A program made the position numbers and the translations under genes. This document shows, one piece after another, positions 27,630 through 35,811 of a stretch of DNA of 64,000 nt. The DNA is from a bacterium. Its GTDB lineage: Bacteria > Patescibacteriota > Minisyncoccia > Phycocordibacterales > UBA2100. Numbering within the stretch: position 1 is the first letter of the stretch; each line of letters begins with the position of its first letter. Where the stretch lies: positions 18,786 to 82,785 of the forward strand of contig JAUSGQ010000027.1 of NCBI GenBank assembly GCA_030674455.1, given 5' to 3'. The notes beneath the pieces were generated by a model, which saw nothing but the letters and a program-made list of their open reading frames with translations, was not told the DNA's origin and ran no database searches.

Positions 27630-27705
27630 ATATATTCAAAACATTATCTCCAATTGTACTCCTTTGCTCCTTTTAGCACACGCCCAAAGAGAAGTCCTTA
27701 AAAAT

Positions 27706-27889
27706 CCGCCCCGCCACCCATTCAATTTTCAAAAACCCCCGCGAAATAGATGCGTATGGAAGAGAGTGCGGCGGGGCGGGCGGGCGCGTACTCGCGCCCG
27801 TGTACAGAATCCAATCGTGCCACAGAGTACAAAGCCACAGCGCGCGCGGAGCGCGCGAGTCAGTCGGAGTTCCTGCTAAAATAGGTTCG
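27706..27889 (-). repeat. Long inverted repeat P' (right copy)
   Basis: Reverse complement of 18529-18696, with an extra hairpin CGGGCGCGTACTCGCGCCCG. Confidence 0.85.
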
Positions 27890-27907
27890 AGCATCGTTGT
27901 AGATACT

Positions 27908-28069
27908 CACAACACAAGAGACAAGGTCGGATTTCGGCTGGTTTTCTTTGGCGCGGGACAAAGAAAACCAGTGTGGTTGGGGCATTCCGCGCGCTTCGCG
28001 CGCGTGGAGGGTGAGGTTCGCAAAATTCAAAAGCCGAAGATTTTTGGAGGGAGGATTTTTTGGAGGGGA
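27908..28069 (+). repeat. Long inverted repeat Q (left copy), about 160 bp
   Basis: Near-identical to the reverse complement of 31332-31483 apart from an 11-nt indel. Contiguous with P'. Confidence 0.85.
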
Positions 28070-28072
28070 AAG

Positions 28073-29719
28073 TTAATTAAGTCTTTTGATAACATCTTTA
28101 TCAACTCGAATCCCACTTAGTCGGTTCTTATCTATCCATCTTAGGAATTCAGATGGTCGCATTGGTTTTCCCGCAAAGCGATTGGCCCAAAGGAAGTAGC
28201 ATTGCTTTCGAGTGCGCGTTAGAGCTACAAGGAACCTAAAAATTTCCAGTTCTTTTATGTTGTTTGGATCTCTAGGGAGGTCGCCATTATGCAACCCAAC
28301 AATAAATACAAATTGAGCAGAAAGGCCTTTGGCACCCTCGTAAGAGGTTAATTTTATAGTTGGCTGCTCCGATTCGTGTTGAGTTGCGACAATTTCCACT
28401 GGCTTTTCCCACTTTTCAGCCTCTGAAAGCAAAGCGTCTCTATAACTTGCTTCTATCTCGTCGAACAGTGGTTTTTGATGCTTTACTGCTTTTTCGAGCG
28501 CGCTTCGAGAAAAATTAGGGTTATCTGCTTCAAGGGCAATACGCCATCCGATATTAGAATTCGGGTTTTCTTTAAGGTAAGGCAATGCCATTGAATGAGT
28601 TATCTTGGTGGTTTCTTCCCCACCTGCACGATAATCAATTATAAATCCCTCATCTTGCAGATGTTTGGCAATCTGGGATAGATACTGTTTTGGTCCTATT
28701 ACCAAAGCAGTGGGGAATTTATCTTTGATGGATTCGGTTATATATTCTTTAGGAATCTTTTTGATTATATGCGCCACGGTTCGTCCGAGGTAATTTGTTT
28801 TGAGTTGTTGGGCTGAAATTTCCAGCACCTTGATTTTAGGGTGAGCCGTACTGTCTTTCCGTCTGTAAGGTTCAAAATATTTGTATGGCTTATCTATACG
28901 TCCGGGCAGAAGCTTTTTCTGCTTAGCAACCTCAATTACATCCGCGAATGAATTTACAATAACTTCGGGGCAACGGAGGCAAAAAGGTAATTCACAATTC
29001 TCAAACTCATCAGCTCGCCATAAATGTCGGATGAATTCGTAGCTGGCACCTTTAAGTTGACTATAAAGGGCTTGGTCATCATCTCCAGCAACAGCAATGG
29101 AATTATCTAAACTCAAAAGATCTATCAAACTTACTTCAAGCCGGTTGAAATCTTGATATTCATCAACCAACACAAGTTTGTATCGTGGAACTTTAACTTT
29201 ACCAGTGGAATAAACGGAATGAACTCTGAAAATAGAGTCATCAAAACTGACCGTATCATAGTAATTTGAGCGAGATAGATAAAAATCCGATTCTGCGTTT
29301 TCTAATGTATTGCGCATATTTCCCACAAATTTCGGGGCTTCTTTTGTATGTAGAATTTCCCAATCTCTTTTTATCAAGGTTGGTAAGTTGGGAAAAATCT
29401 TGAATTTTTCTGACAACCCCTCCCGAAGGTTAGGATTTTCGTGTAGAAGCTTTACGCAATAACCATGAAATGTGAAAACTTGGGCAAGATGACCCAGTTT
29501 TTCATCTAGCTCGTCCTTTAAGTTATTTATAAAAGTTAAGACAAGCTGACTCCTTGCCCCGTCGTTATTTTTCTCAAGCAATTCTTTAAATAATGTTGTC
29601 TTTCCGGCTCCAGGACCTGCTAGTATTACTTTTTTGGGGTGGTCCGAAATAACAATTTTTTTGATTGCCGCCTTAAGCTCTTCTTCCATATTTGCGGACG
29701 TATGCTTCAGTTCAGCCAT
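28073..29719 (-). CDS. UvrD/Rep-like SF1 DNA helicase
   Basis: Walker A ILAGPGAGKTTLF, motif II VLVDEYQDF, and a UvrD_C-like GAKGLSAQFVFIVGL...LVALTRTRKQCYF. Confidence 0.7.
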   Translation of the reverse strand: MAELKHTSANMEEELKAAIKKIVISDHPKKVILAGPGAGKTTLFKELLEKNNDGARSQLVLTFINNLKDELDEKLGHLAQVFTFHGYCVKLLHENPNLREGLSEKFKIFPNLPTLIKRDWEILHTKEAPKFVGNMRNTLENAESDFYLSRSNYYDTVSFDDSIFRVHSVYSTGKVKVPRYKLVLVDEYQDFNRLEVSLIDLLSLDNSIAVAGDDDQALYSQLKGASYEFIRHLWRADEFENCELPFCLRCPEVIVNSFADVIEVAKQKKLLPGRIDKPYKYFEPYRRKDSTAHPKIKVLEISAQQLKTNYLGRTVAHIIKKIPKEYITESIKDKFPTALVIGPKQYLSQIAKHLQDEGFIIDYRAGGEETTKITHSMALPYLKENPNSNIGWRIALEADNPNFSRSALEKAVKHQKPLFDEIEASYRDALLSEAEKWEKPVEIVATQHESEQPTIKLTSYEGAKGLSAQFVFIVGLHNGDLPRDPNNIKELEIFRFLVALTRTRKQCYFLWANRFAGKPMRPSEFLRWIDKNRLSGIRVDKDVIKRLN

Positions 29720-29721
29720 AC

Positions 29722-29928
29722 CTATTTGACCAGATCCTTAATGGGCACACCGAGCGTTCTTGCTATTTTCACGATTGTTGCAAGTGTCGGATTTGTCTTT
29801 CCGTTTTCTATGTTGCTGATAAAACTTCGTGCCAATTTGAGTGAACGGGAAATGTCCCCCTGCGTAATACCTTTCTCCATTCGGAGTCGCTTCATGTTTC
29901 GTCCGAACGCCTGCGACTCTTTGCTCAT
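29722..29928 (-). CDS. XRE-family HTH transcriptional regulator
   Basis: 68 aa carrying KRLRMEKGITQGDISRSLKLARSFISNIENGKTNPTLATIVKIARTLGV. Confidence 0.8.
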   Translation of the reverse strand: MSKESQAFGRNMKRLRMEKGITQGDISRSLKLARSFISNIENGKTNPTLATIVKIARTLGVPIKDLVK

Positions 29929-29950
29929 GCATTTTAGTATATAGACAGAT

Positions 29951-31510
29951 ATGTTGAAAGGTAATAGTATGTTATATGATACTACTATGACCCATTTCCT
30001 CTACGCACGCAAAAGCACCGATGTTGAGGACAAGCAAGTCCTTTCTATTGAAGCGCAACTTTTTGAGTTGCGCGCGCTCGCGCGAGAAAATAATTTGGAA
30101 ATTGCCGCGGAGTTTGTTGAAAAGCAATCGGCGAAAATGCCTGGCCGTCCTATTTTCAATGACATGACGGCACGAATACAAAAAGGTGAAGCACAAGGAA
30201 TCATTTGTTGGAAACTTGATCGTCTCGCGCGCAATCCAGTGGACGGCGGGCAGATTAGTTGGTTTTTGCAAAACGGCATCATCGCACACATTCAGACGCA
30301 CGACCGCGCGTATTATTCCGCCGACAATGTTTTGATGATGTCGGTGGAATTCGGTATGGCGAATCAATATGTGCGCGACCTTGCGACGAACACCGCGCGT
30401 GGCTTACGACAGAAAGCGCGACAAGGTGTATATCCGGGCCAAGCGCCACTCGGATATTTGAATGACCCGCGTACAAAAACTATTGCGGTAGACCGCAAAA
30501 AATCCAAAATCGTGCGCGCCGCTTTTGAGCTGTACGCTCAAAACGGCTCGCGTTTAGAAGATGTCTCGCACTTTCTTTTCGATAATGGTATTACTACAAA
30601 AGCGACGAACCGATGGAAAAGTAGCGGAGAGAGGCCGCTGAAAAAAGACCAAGCAAAATTGATACTCACGAATTCTTTTTATTACGGCCACTTTCGCTAT
30701 GCCGGAGAAATGTACGAGGGAAAGCATACGCCGATTGTTTCCAAAGAGCTTTTTGACAAAGTGCAAAAAGTTTTAGCTCTGCGCGGCAAAGTACAACGGC
30801 ACACAAAAGAGCCGCAGGCTCTTTGTGGCCTTTTGAAATGCGGAGAGTGCGGATGTTCTATCACAGCCGAGGTGCAGACGAAGAAAAGCGGGAGACAATA
30901 TATTTACTACCACTGCACCAAAAAGCGCGGAGTATGTGATGGGGCATACATACGCGAAGAAACACTCGATACGCAACTCTCCGAGCTGCTGTCGCGTTTT
31001 CACTTGCCGCCCGCGTGGGCGAGTGAATTACAGAAAATGACGGAGCGCGACGAGGCAGAAGCCACTCAAACTACGGCGGCGTCTGTTCAAGAAATGCGAG
31101 CAAAGATTGCCGAGTTGGACGGCAAAATTGCTCGCATCACCGACCTCTTTGTGGAGCAGGATATTGAGCGCGGCGAGTATCTTGAAAGGAAACGCGCGCT
31201 GATGTCCGAAAAGAAGTCGCTACAAGAGCGTTCGCTCTTGCTTGAACGGAACGCCACCGTGTGGCTCGAACCCATGCGCAAGTGGATAAACGACGCTTCA
31301 ATGCTTGAAGAAATAGCAAAATCCCAAGACCTCCCCTCCAAAAAATCCTCCCTCCAAAAAATCTTCGGCTCGAACCTCACCCTCCACGCGCGCGAAGCGC
31401 GCGGAATGCCCCAACCACACTGGTTTTCTTTGTCCCGCGCCAAAGAAAACCAGCCGAAATCCGACCTTGTCTCTTGTGTTGTGCCGGGAGAGGGACTTGA
31501 ACCCTCATGA
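29951..31510 (+). CDS. Large serine recombinase (resolvase/invertase N-domain + recombinase domain + zinc ribbon)
   Basis: Catalytic YARKSTDVEDKQ...SIEAQ, a Cys cluster CGECGCS...YYHC, and a coiled-coil C-region. The last ~60 codons run through repeat Q' and 29 nt into tRNA-Leu, so the true stop is uncertain. Confidence 0.8.
   Translation: MLKGNSMLYDTTMTHFLYARKSTDVEDKQVLSIEAQLFELRALARENNLEIAAEFVEKQSAKMPGRPIFNDMTARIQKGEAQGIICWKLDRLARNPVDGGQISWFLQNGIIAHIQTHDRAYYSADNVLMMSVEFGMANQYVRDLATNTARGLRQKARQGVYPGQAPLGYLNDPRTKTIAVDRKKSKIVRAAFELYAQNGSRLEDVSHFLFDNGITTKATNRWKSSGERPLKKDQAKLILTNSFYYGHFRYAGEMYEGKHTPIVSKELFDKVQKVLALRGKVQRHTKEPQALCGLLKCGECGCSITAEVQTKKSGRQYIYYHCTKKRGVCDGAYIREETLDTQLSELLSRFHLPPAWASELQKMTERDEAEATQTTAASVQEMRAKIAELDGKIARITDLFVEQDIERGEYLERKRALMSEKKSLQERSLLLERNATVWLEPMRKWINDASMLEEIAKSQDLPSKKSSLQKIFGSNLTLHAREARGMPQPHWFSLSRAKENQPKSDLVSCVVPGEGLEPS
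31332..31483 (-). repeat. Long inverted repeat Q' (right copy) abutting the tRNA-Leu 3' end
   Basis: Reverse complement of Q. Homology ends exactly at the tRNA discriminator base. Confidence 0.85.
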
Positions 31511-31565
31511 GCTTGCGCTCGAACGATCTTGAGTCGTTTGCGTCTGCCAATTCCGCCATCCCGGC
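31482..31565 (-). tRNA. tRNA-Leu(CAA)
   Basis: Minus-strand cloverleaf with acceptor GCCGGGA/TCCCGGC, anticodon loop CTCAAGA, a long variable arm (GAGCGCAAGCTC) and T-loop TTCAAGT. Confidence 0.8.
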
Positions 31566-31693
31566 CTCGCCCCTCATAGCTTTAGCGACGTGGGGCAATA
31601 CCGAACATAATACCTATTAAAGCTCATTTTGTAAGTCCTACCGCACAGCAATCCATACTGTATACAGCATACAGAATACTGTATACTTTACTC

Positions 31694-32656
31694 ATGTCGG
31701 GTTACTACAGCGATTCAATATTTTGGGTTGAGGTGGACCGAATCAAGCCGAATCCATTCCAGCCGCGCAAGGCGTTTGATGAAGCGGCTCTTGCCTCGCT
31801 CGCCGAATCAATCCGTCAATATGGCGTGCTTCAACCGCTCACGGTAACGCGAAAAGAAATCGAACGGCCCGGAGAGGGGATATTTGTCGAGTACGAACTT
31901 ATCGCCGGAGAGCGGCGCCTCCGCGCATCAAAGCTCGCGGGGCTCACGCAGCTACCCGTTGTCATACGCACGTCGGAGTATAGCGACCGCATGAAGCTTG
32001 AGCTCGCAATCATAGAAAACTTACAGCGAGAAGACTTGAATGCGATTGACCGCGCGGTTGCGTTTAACCGCCTTGTAACTGAATTCGGATTAAAGCATGT
32101 GGACATCGGCAAGCGTGTCGGCAAGAGCCGTGAGTATGTCTCGAATACATTGCGCATTCTCGCGTTGCCGAAGGATATGCAGGATGCACTCGGGGCAGGC
32201 GATATAACAGAGGGCCACACACGGCCGCTGCTCATGCTTGTGGACCGCGTCGAGATGCAAAAAACATTGTTTCAGGAAATCATGACGCGCAAACTCACCG
32301 TGCGCGATGCCGAACAAGTGGCGCGCCGCATTGCGACGGAGCGGACTCGTAAAGCCGACCTTACGCCTGAATTAATGCTTCTTGAACGCGAGCTGACGGA
32401 AAAGTTGGGGACGCGAGTTCGCATAGAAAAGAAAGACCAGGGCGGAAAAGTGCTGATAGATTTCTTTTCGGTAGACGATTTAGTTCACATACGCGAAATC
32501 TTTACGCGCCAACAGGTGAAAGAAATCATAGCCGAAGAGAAGGCGGCGCAAACGGAAGCTCCGGCAATTATCGCAGAAGTAGAACAGGTGGCTGTCGCAC
32601 CACAGCCGGAGCGGGAAGAAGATGACCTGTACTCAATCAAGAATTTCACCGTCTAG
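31694..32656 (+). CDS. parB: ParB/Spo0J-family partition protein
   Basis: ParB N-domain LIAGERRLRASKLAGL, an HTH, and a C-terminal dimerisation region. No parA in the window. Confidence 0.8.
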   Translation: MSGYYSDSIFWVEVDRIKPNPFQPRKAFDEAALASLAESIRQYGVLQPLTVTRKEIERPGEGIFVEYELIAGERRLRASKLAGLTQLPVVIRTSEYSDRMKLELAIIENLQREDLNAIDRAVAFNRLVTEFGLKHVDIGKRVGKSREYVSNTLRILALPKDMQDALGAGDITEGHTRPLLMLVDRVEMQKTLFQEIMTRKLTVRDAEQVARRIATERTRKADLTPELMLLERELTEKLGTRVRIEKKDQGGKVLIDFFSVDDLVHIREIFTRQQVKEIIAEEKAAQTEAPAIIAEVEQVAVAPQPEREEDDLYSIKNFTV

Positions 32657-32674
32657 TCATTCGAAACCCGACCT

Positions 32675-32710
32675 CCTCATTCTAACGTTTTGCAAAACGT
32701 TAGAATGAGG
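32675..32710. repeat. Palindromic repeat CCTCATTCTAACGTTTTGCAAAACGTTAGAATGAGG (family A)
   Basis: Lies between convergent parB and rel genes. Identical cores sit at 51263-51294 and 56517-56548. Confidence 0.8.
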
Positions 32711-32729
32711 AAGATTGTCTTGCAGTTTT

Positions 32730-34277
32730 TTACGTTTTTTTCATCGCCGCGAGCGCCGCGCGGATGTGTTTTTTTGCCATGCTGGTCTTTGCTATGTCGT
32801 GCCATTTGCGCGTGGGGTGAGCGGAAGGTTTTGTGATTACTTCAACCATGTCGCCGTTGCGAAGAGCGGTATCAAGCGAGACCATTTTCCCGTTAACGAG
32901 TGCGCCCGACATTTTATTCCCGAGGTCGGAATGTATCGCATAGGCGAAATCGATGGGAGTCGCGGCCAAAGGCAAGTCAATAACGTCGCCCTTCGGAGTA
33001 AAGACGAAAACCCGGTGGCTGAAGAAGTCGCTTTTGAGCGTATCCATATACTCGTCCGATTTTTCGGGTTCGTGTTGCGCGTGTGCAAGCTCTTTCACCC
33101 ACGAAGGAACGGCGACGGAGCGCTTGCCGCTCTGCACTGTAGCCGGCGCGGGAACATCTTTTGCTTTTCCGATGCGGGGTAGAAATTGGCGCATCCATTC
33201 TAGGCCTCCACTTTTTGTCTGCGTTGGATTATTTTGAGATTCTTTGTATGCCAAGTGCGAGGCGATGCCGTAGAGCGCCTCTTTGTGCATATCTTCTGTG
33301 CGCAATTGGATTTCCAATGCGCCCCCATCGCCGGTGTAAATCGTCGTGTGAATACTTTGGTAGCCGTTGGGTTTTGGAAACGCAATGTAATCTTTGATTT
33401 TTCCGGGAACCGGCCGCCAGTGTCCGTGGATTATTCCAAGCGCGGTGTAACATTCCGCAACCGTAGGGAAAATGACGCGTAAAGCGCGCATGTCGTAAAT
33501 CGTGCCGAAATCCCACTTCTTTCGCTCCAATTTTTTGTAAAGACTGTAGAAACCTTTTAGGCGCGCTTCCGTGCGGAAATTTCGAAGGTTTGCTTCGGCA
33601 AATTCACGCTTCAAGTCGTGCTCCGTTTTTTCCAGTCGTTTTTCATTCTCGCTTTTCCTTTCTGTAAACGCTTCACGCGTCTTCTCGTATTCTTTCGGGT
33701 ATGCATGCGGAAAGGCGGCATCTTCAAGCTCTTGTTTGGCGACGCTCATACCGAGCCGGTCGGCAATTGGAGCGTAAATCTCAAGAGTTTCGAGAGCGAT
33801 TCGTTTTCGCTTGTCATCGCGCGGCACATGCTCAAGGGTTCTCGCATTGTGCAGGCGGTCCATCAGCTTGATGATAAGCACGCGTATGTCCTGCGCGGTC
33901 GCGGCAAAAAGTTTTCGTAAAGATTCTGTGTGGCGTTCCATTCCGCGATAGCGCAAAGCGCCGAGTTTTGTAACGCCCTGCACGAGTTTTAATACTTCTT
34001 TCCCGCACAACTCTTCGATTGCCTTTGGGGTAACGCCCGCATCCTCGATGGTGTCGTGCAAAAGCCCTGCCGCGACTGCCTGCGCATCCACTCCCGCAGT
34101 GGCAAGCAAGAAGCCGACTTCAGCCGTGTGAACGAAGTAGGGGTCGCCGGAATAGCGCTTCTGGTCTTTGTGAGCCGTTTCTGTGAATTCGTATGCTTTT
34201 GTAACCATCGCGATATCTCCCGCATCTTTGCTGGACATTGCGCCGAGGATATCTGAAAGTGGCCGAGCTTTTAGCAT
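32730..34277 (-). CDS. Bifunctional (p)ppGpp synthetase/hydrolase (RelA/SpoT family, short form)
   Basis: HD domain (HDTIEDAG), synthetase region (YQSIHTTIY), and C-terminal TGS (GDVIDLPLAATPIDFAYAIHSDLG). Confidence 0.85.
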   Translation of the reverse strand: MLKARPLSDILGAMSSKDAGDIAMVTKAYEFTETAHKDQKRYSGDPYFVHTAEVGFLLATAGVDAQAVAAGLLHDTIEDAGVTPKAIEELCGKEVLKLVQGVTKLGALRYRGMERHTESLRKLFAATAQDIRVLIIKLMDRLHNARTLEHVPRDDKRKRIALETLEIYAPIADRLGMSVAKQELEDAAFPHAYPKEYEKTREAFTERKSENEKRLEKTEHDLKREFAEANLRNFRTEARLKGFYSLYKKLERKKWDFGTIYDMRALRVIFPTVAECYTALGIIHGHWRPVPGKIKDYIAFPKPNGYQSIHTTIYTGDGGALEIQLRTEDMHKEALYGIASHLAYKESQNNPTQTKSGGLEWMRQFLPRIGKAKDVPAPATVQSGKRSVAVPSWVKELAHAQHEPEKSDEYMDTLKSDFFSHRVFVFTPKGDVIDLPLAATPIDFAYAIHSDLGNKMSGALVNGKMVSLDTALRNGDMVEVITKPSAHPTRKWHDIAKTSMAKKHIRAALAAMKKT

Positions 34278-34280
34278 CTA

Positions 34281-35510
34281 ATGATGATACGCCGGTCCCC
34301 ATTACAGGTCAAAGAATTAGGCATAGAAGATGAAAAATACTTTAACTTTATTCACATAGCGCGGATGGCAAAAAGGCGTAGAACACCATATAATACTAAG
34401 AGTATTTCAGAGAATATGCCGCCCAATAAATATCTCATAAATGCTCTAGTTGTGTTATTTGGATTCGGTTTGCTTTTTTTGCTGAACAGGATTGATCCGG
34501 CTCTTTCTATTGCGGTAAATTCAACTTCTCAACTTGCGCAAGCAGGGATGGTTGACGAATATGGCTACACCTACCCATGGGTAGATAATTTCAGCAGCGA
34601 TAATTTCTACCCTGCCACCGTTGATTACGGGTATTCACAGAACAATGTCGATCTCGGATCTGACGGCTCGTATCCTTTTACGAATTCGCCCGAAAATTTG
34701 CAAACGCAGATACCTTGGGAAAATGGCTTTGCCCCGGATTCTTATTCTTATTTACAGTCGCCGGATCTGAACAATCAGAGTTGGACTGACAAAGCCGGCA
34801 CTGATCTTTCAGCCAATGTCGAAAGCGCGTCGAATCAAAATGTAAACTACCAAGATGCGTATAGCTTATACGGATCGCCATCAAACGACATTACGCAGCG
34901 GGATTTAGGGACATACGGTCTTGGTTATTCGAGCTACGTTCCTCCTGCTAAATCAACGTGGGATAACAGTTTCTTTCAAAGTTGGTTCTCTCCAGGTACA
35001 GAGATTGCTCCTTCGGGTACATTTACAAACATAACAGACAATTCGGATGTAATAGGGGGAGGAGCTAAAGATGATAGAAATCTACTATTATATCTGTCTG
35101 ATCGATACTCGCTCATTCCACCCGGTTACTCGGATACTGATAAACAACCTACAGCCGACTTTTCTGGAGAAACCAATTGGATAACTTTGTCTGGAGAAAC
35201 CAGTTCGATTACTCCAGTTGAGAATCGACTGAATCTTCCTGATTTACCGACGGCTAGCGATTCCATTGTGGATAAAATTCGCGGTGGACTCGAGAGATTT
35301 GGAAGTCTCTATAAAAGCCGTACTGAAAGCGAACAACCGGCGACATTCTTTAATTCGCCAGCTTCTTCTCCGACATCTGTTGGCAGGAACAACTTATATG
35401 AAGTGACAAATGGCGCTTACACCACGGGTATAAGAAAGGTGGAGGGTGGCGCAATGCTTCAATTTGGATGGCAGACGGATGCATTCTTTAGTCCGGTAAA
35501 AAAGAAGTGA
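34281..35510 (+). CDS. Hypothetical secreted/membrane protein, Ser/Asn/Tyr-rich
   Basis: TM near the N-terminus (LINALVVLFGFGLLFLL). Start may be a downstream Met (about 34416). Confidence 0.4.
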   Translation: MMIRRSPLQVKELGIEDEKYFNFIHIARMAKRRRTPYNTKSISENMPPNKYLINALVVLFGFGLLFLLNRIDPALSIAVNSTSQLAQAGMVDEYGYTYPWVDNFSSDNFYPATVDYGYSQNNVDLGSDGSYPFTNSPENLQTQIPWENGFAPDSYSYLQSPDLNNQSWTDKAGTDLSANVESASNQNVNYQDAYSLYGSPSNDITQRDLGTYGLGYSSYVPPAKSTWDNSFFQSWFSPGTEIAPSGTFTNITDNSDVIGGGAKDDRNLLLYLSDRYSLIPPGYSDTDKQPTADFSGETNWITLSGETSSITPVENRLNLPDLPTASDSIVDKIRGGLERFGSLYKSRTESEQPATFFNSPASSPTSVGRNNLYEVTNGAYTTGIRKVEGGAMLQFGWQTDAFFSPVKKK

Positions 35511-35749
35511 GGGGGAAGGAAGGCTTCCCGGGTTCGCGGCTCGCCCTGCTGGGCGAGCATCGCACCGCCTCAAAAAAACTATTGGAGCACGCAACGCAGG
35601 TTGCGCGCTCCTGTCTACTTTTTAGCGAGTTTGTCGGGACGGTGGTTGGGACACTGCTTATTACTGCATCTTTCAGGTATCGTTTTTGTGCCTTCCCCAG
35701 CACTAAACTTTGGCATTGCGTTTGTGACAGTTAATCCTTTCGCGAGAAT

Positions 35750-35771
35750 ATAGGTCGATATATCGACCTAT
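35750..35771. repeat. 22-bp palindrome ATAGGTCGATATATCGACCTAT
   Basis: Downstream of topA. Near-identical palindromes sit at 61784-61805 and 62553-62574. Confidence 0.8.
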
Positions 35772-35811
35772 CGGCGTTTGATGCGTTTGTCTTCCGCACA
35801 TGATGCCAAAG

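Larger units (their letters stand above)
18290..31570. mobile_element. Putative integrated mobile/defence island adjacent to tRNA-Leu
   Basis: Serine recombinase, XRE and a UvrD-like helicase lie between Q and Q'. An SNF2/MmeI-like/DUF4263 operon lies between P and P'. Nested long inverted repeats, tRNA adjacency and a 12-nt tRNA-Leu T-arm fragment at 18443-18454 support the call. Boundaries are approximate. Confidence 0.6.

Noticed and set aside
27664-28120. ORFs 27664-27879, 27673-27894 and 27800-28120 inside repeats P' and Q
   Set aside because: These are mirror images of the spurious ORFs in the other repeat copies. The translations are low-complexity and the repeats are better explained as non-coding inverted repeats.
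31377-31598. 73-aa minus-strand ORF overlapping tRNA-Leu
   Set aside because: It is fully explained by the tRNA-Leu(CAA) cloverleaf and repeat Q'.
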